The translations under genes were made by a program, and so were the position numbers. Shown one piece after another: positions 17,765-20,000 of a DNA stretch of 20,000 bases. The DNA is from Chiloscyllium plagiosum (taxonomy: Eukaryota). Numbering within the stretch: position 1 is the stretch's first letter; every line of letters starts with the position of its first letter. The notes under the pieces were generated by a model. The model was given only the letters and a program-made list of their open reading frames with translations, did no database searches and was not told the DNA's origin. Where the stretch lies: the NCBI RefSeq assembly GCF_004010195.1, contig NC_057758.1, positions 9,039,313 to 9,059,312 on the forward strand, read 5' to 3'.

Positions 17765-20000
17765 GGGAGGATCCAGGGAGATAGTGAGGAAAGAGATCAA
17801 TCTAAGACTAGTATAGTCGAGAAAGGAAACAAGTCAAACAGTCAGAGCAGGAAGGAATCAAACAGAGAACAAGATAGGACTGATAAATTAAACTGTACTT
17901 ACTTCAATGCAAGAGGCCGAAAAGAGAAGGCAGATGAAATCAGTACATGATGAGGAACATAGCACTGGGATAACATATCCATTACAGAAAAGTGGCTCGG
18001 GGGTGTACAGGACTGGCACCTTAATGTTCCAGGATACAAATGCTGTAGGAAGGATGGGAAGGGGCTCAAGACAGGATCGGGGTGGCTGGGGGAGTGGTGG
18101 GAGGAGTGTAGTAATGTTAATAAGGGATAGTATTACTTGCTGTACTTAGGATACTCCTGGGAATACATCTGGGGACATTATTTAGATGGAACTGAGAACT
18201 AGGAAAGGGATGATCACCTTATTGGGATTGCAATATAGACCCGCTAATAGTCAGCGGGAAATTCCGAAACAAATTTGTAAGTAAATTTCATTTTTCTTTA
18301 AGAATAATAGGGTGGTTATGGTAGGGAATGTTACCTTTACAAACATAGACTGGCATTGCCATAGTGTTAGGGGTTCTGATGGAGAGGAATTTGTTACGTG
18401 TGTACAAGAAAAACTTTTGATTCAGTATATGGCTGTTCGTAGGAGGTCAGGAGTTAAACCTGATCTATTCTTGAGAAATTAGGCAGAACATGACTGAGGT
18501 GTCATTGAGGTAGCACCTTGAGGCCAGCGACCATAATTCTATTAGTTTTAACATAGTTATGGAAAAGGTTAGACAGGATCTGAAAGCTGAAGGACTAAAT
18601 TGGAGGAAGGGCAATTTTGACGGTGTGAGGCAAGAACTTCCAAAAGCCGATTGGGAGGTGGGGTGGGGGGTCGTAGATGTTCGCAGGTAAAGGGACAGCT
18701 GGAAACTGGGAAGCTTTCAGAAATGAGATATCGAGAGTTCAGAGGCAGTTTCGTCCTATTAGGGTGAAAGGAAAAGGAGGTAGGTGCAGGGAATGGTGGA
18801 TGACTAGAGAAATAGCTTTGGAAAATAGGATTAAGGTGAATCCAGAAGGTTTTTATAAACACATTAAGTACAAAAGGGTAACTATGGAGAGAATTGGGCC
18901 CTTCAAAGATCAGCCAGGCAGTCTTCGTTTGGAACCACAGGAGATGGGGGAGACATGAAACGCGTATTTTGCATCAGCGTTCACTGTGGAGAAAGACATG
19001 GAAGATATAGAATGTGGGGAAATAGATGATACCCTCTTGAAAAATGGCCATATTACAGAGGAGGAGGTCCTGGATGTCCTGAAATGCAGAAAGGTGGATA
19101 GGTGACCAGGAACTGATTAGGTGCGCCGGAGAAATCTGGGAAGCTCGGCAAGTGATTACTGAGCCCCTTGCTGAGATATCTGTATCATCGATAGTCACAG
19201 GTGAGGTGCCGGAAGACCAGAGGTTGGCTAACATGGTGCCACTGTTTAAGCAAGGTGGTGGGAAAAAGCCAGGGAACCTTAGACCAGTGAGTTTGGCATC
19301 GGTGGTTGACACATGATTTACATGTTTTGGAAAAGCAAGGACTGGTTATGGATAGTCAGCATGGGTTTGTGCGTGGGAAATCATGTCTCACAAACATAAT
19401 TGTGGTTTTTGAAGAAGTAACAATAAAGATTGATGTCGCAGTGCATTGGATGTGGGCTGTATGGACTTCAGACAGGTGTTCGACAAGGTTCGCGAAGGGA
19501 GATTGGCGAGCAAGGTTAGACCTCATGGCATACATGGAGAACTAGCCATTTGGATACAGAACTGGTTCGAAGACGGTGGTGTTGGAGGGTTGCTTTTCAG
19601 ACTGAAGGTCTCGTGACCAGTGGAGTGACACAAGGATCAGTGCAGGGACAACTACTTTTCATTATTATATATATCAATTGGATGTGAGCATGGGAGTTGT
19701 AATTAGTACCTTTGCAGCTGACAACAAAATTGGAGGTGTGTGGACAGCGAAGAGGATTACCTGAGAGTACAACAGGATCTTGATAAGCTGGGCCAATGTG
19801 TTGAGGAGTGACAAATTGAGTTTAATTCAGATAAATGCGAGGTGCTGCATTTTGGGAAAGCATATCAGAACAAGAGTTGTACACTTAATGGTAAGGTCCC
19901 AGGGAGTGTTGCTGAACAAAGAGACCTTGGAGTGCAGGTTCATGGCTCCGACAAAGTAGAGCCGCAGGTAGACAGGATAGTGAAAAAGGCTTTCTTTTAT
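17765..20000 (+). mobile_element. Long decayed CR1 LINE (ORF1/ORF2 junction, AP endonuclease, linker, RT), runs off the window end
   Basis: LNCTYFNARG..KADE; tatagacccgctaatagt (YRP.NS); agcgaccataat (SDHN); IKVNPEGFYKHIK; gtgccggaagaccagaggttggctaac (PED.R.AN); RPVSL; SQHGFVRGKSCLTN; FDKV; SGVTQGS; FAADNKIGG (FADD mutated); DKCEVLHFG; numerous stops and indels. Confidence 0.95.

Overview
Repeat-dominated eukaryotic genomic DNA, very likely from a cartilaginous fish (shark). This is inferred from HE1-type tRNA-derived SINEs, CR1/HER1-type LINEs, shark-style Penelope elements and a GPR139-like receptor. About two thirds of the window is decayed retroelement sequence: many CR1 fragments including one nested insertion, a second CR1-superfamily LINE, a Rex1/Babar 3' end, and Penelope-like (RT + GIY-YIG) elements with short solo terminal repeats. 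The only host-gene sequence I can support is the large coding exon of a GPR139/GPR142-like class A GPCR (8328-9230, +), disabled by 3 frameshifts and 2 in-frame stops. There is a 62-N assembly gap at 9788-9849. Most notable: (i) a ~730-bp imperfect fold-back at 7167-7895 whose arms include non-SINE flank and share the same 11-nt SINE deletion, just upstream of the GPCR exon; (ii) five minimal hammerhead-ribozyme-like motifs in Penelope terminal repeats, one in a solo 136-bp insertion with a 16-bp TSD and a perfect hairpin; (iii) an internally deleted mini-Penelope; (iv) a promoter-like ETS/CCAAT/NRF1 motif cluster near 16.4 kb. I see no intact protein-coding gene and no firm evidence of a new biological system. 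Family assignments come from recalled motifs, not database searches, and element boundaries are approximate.
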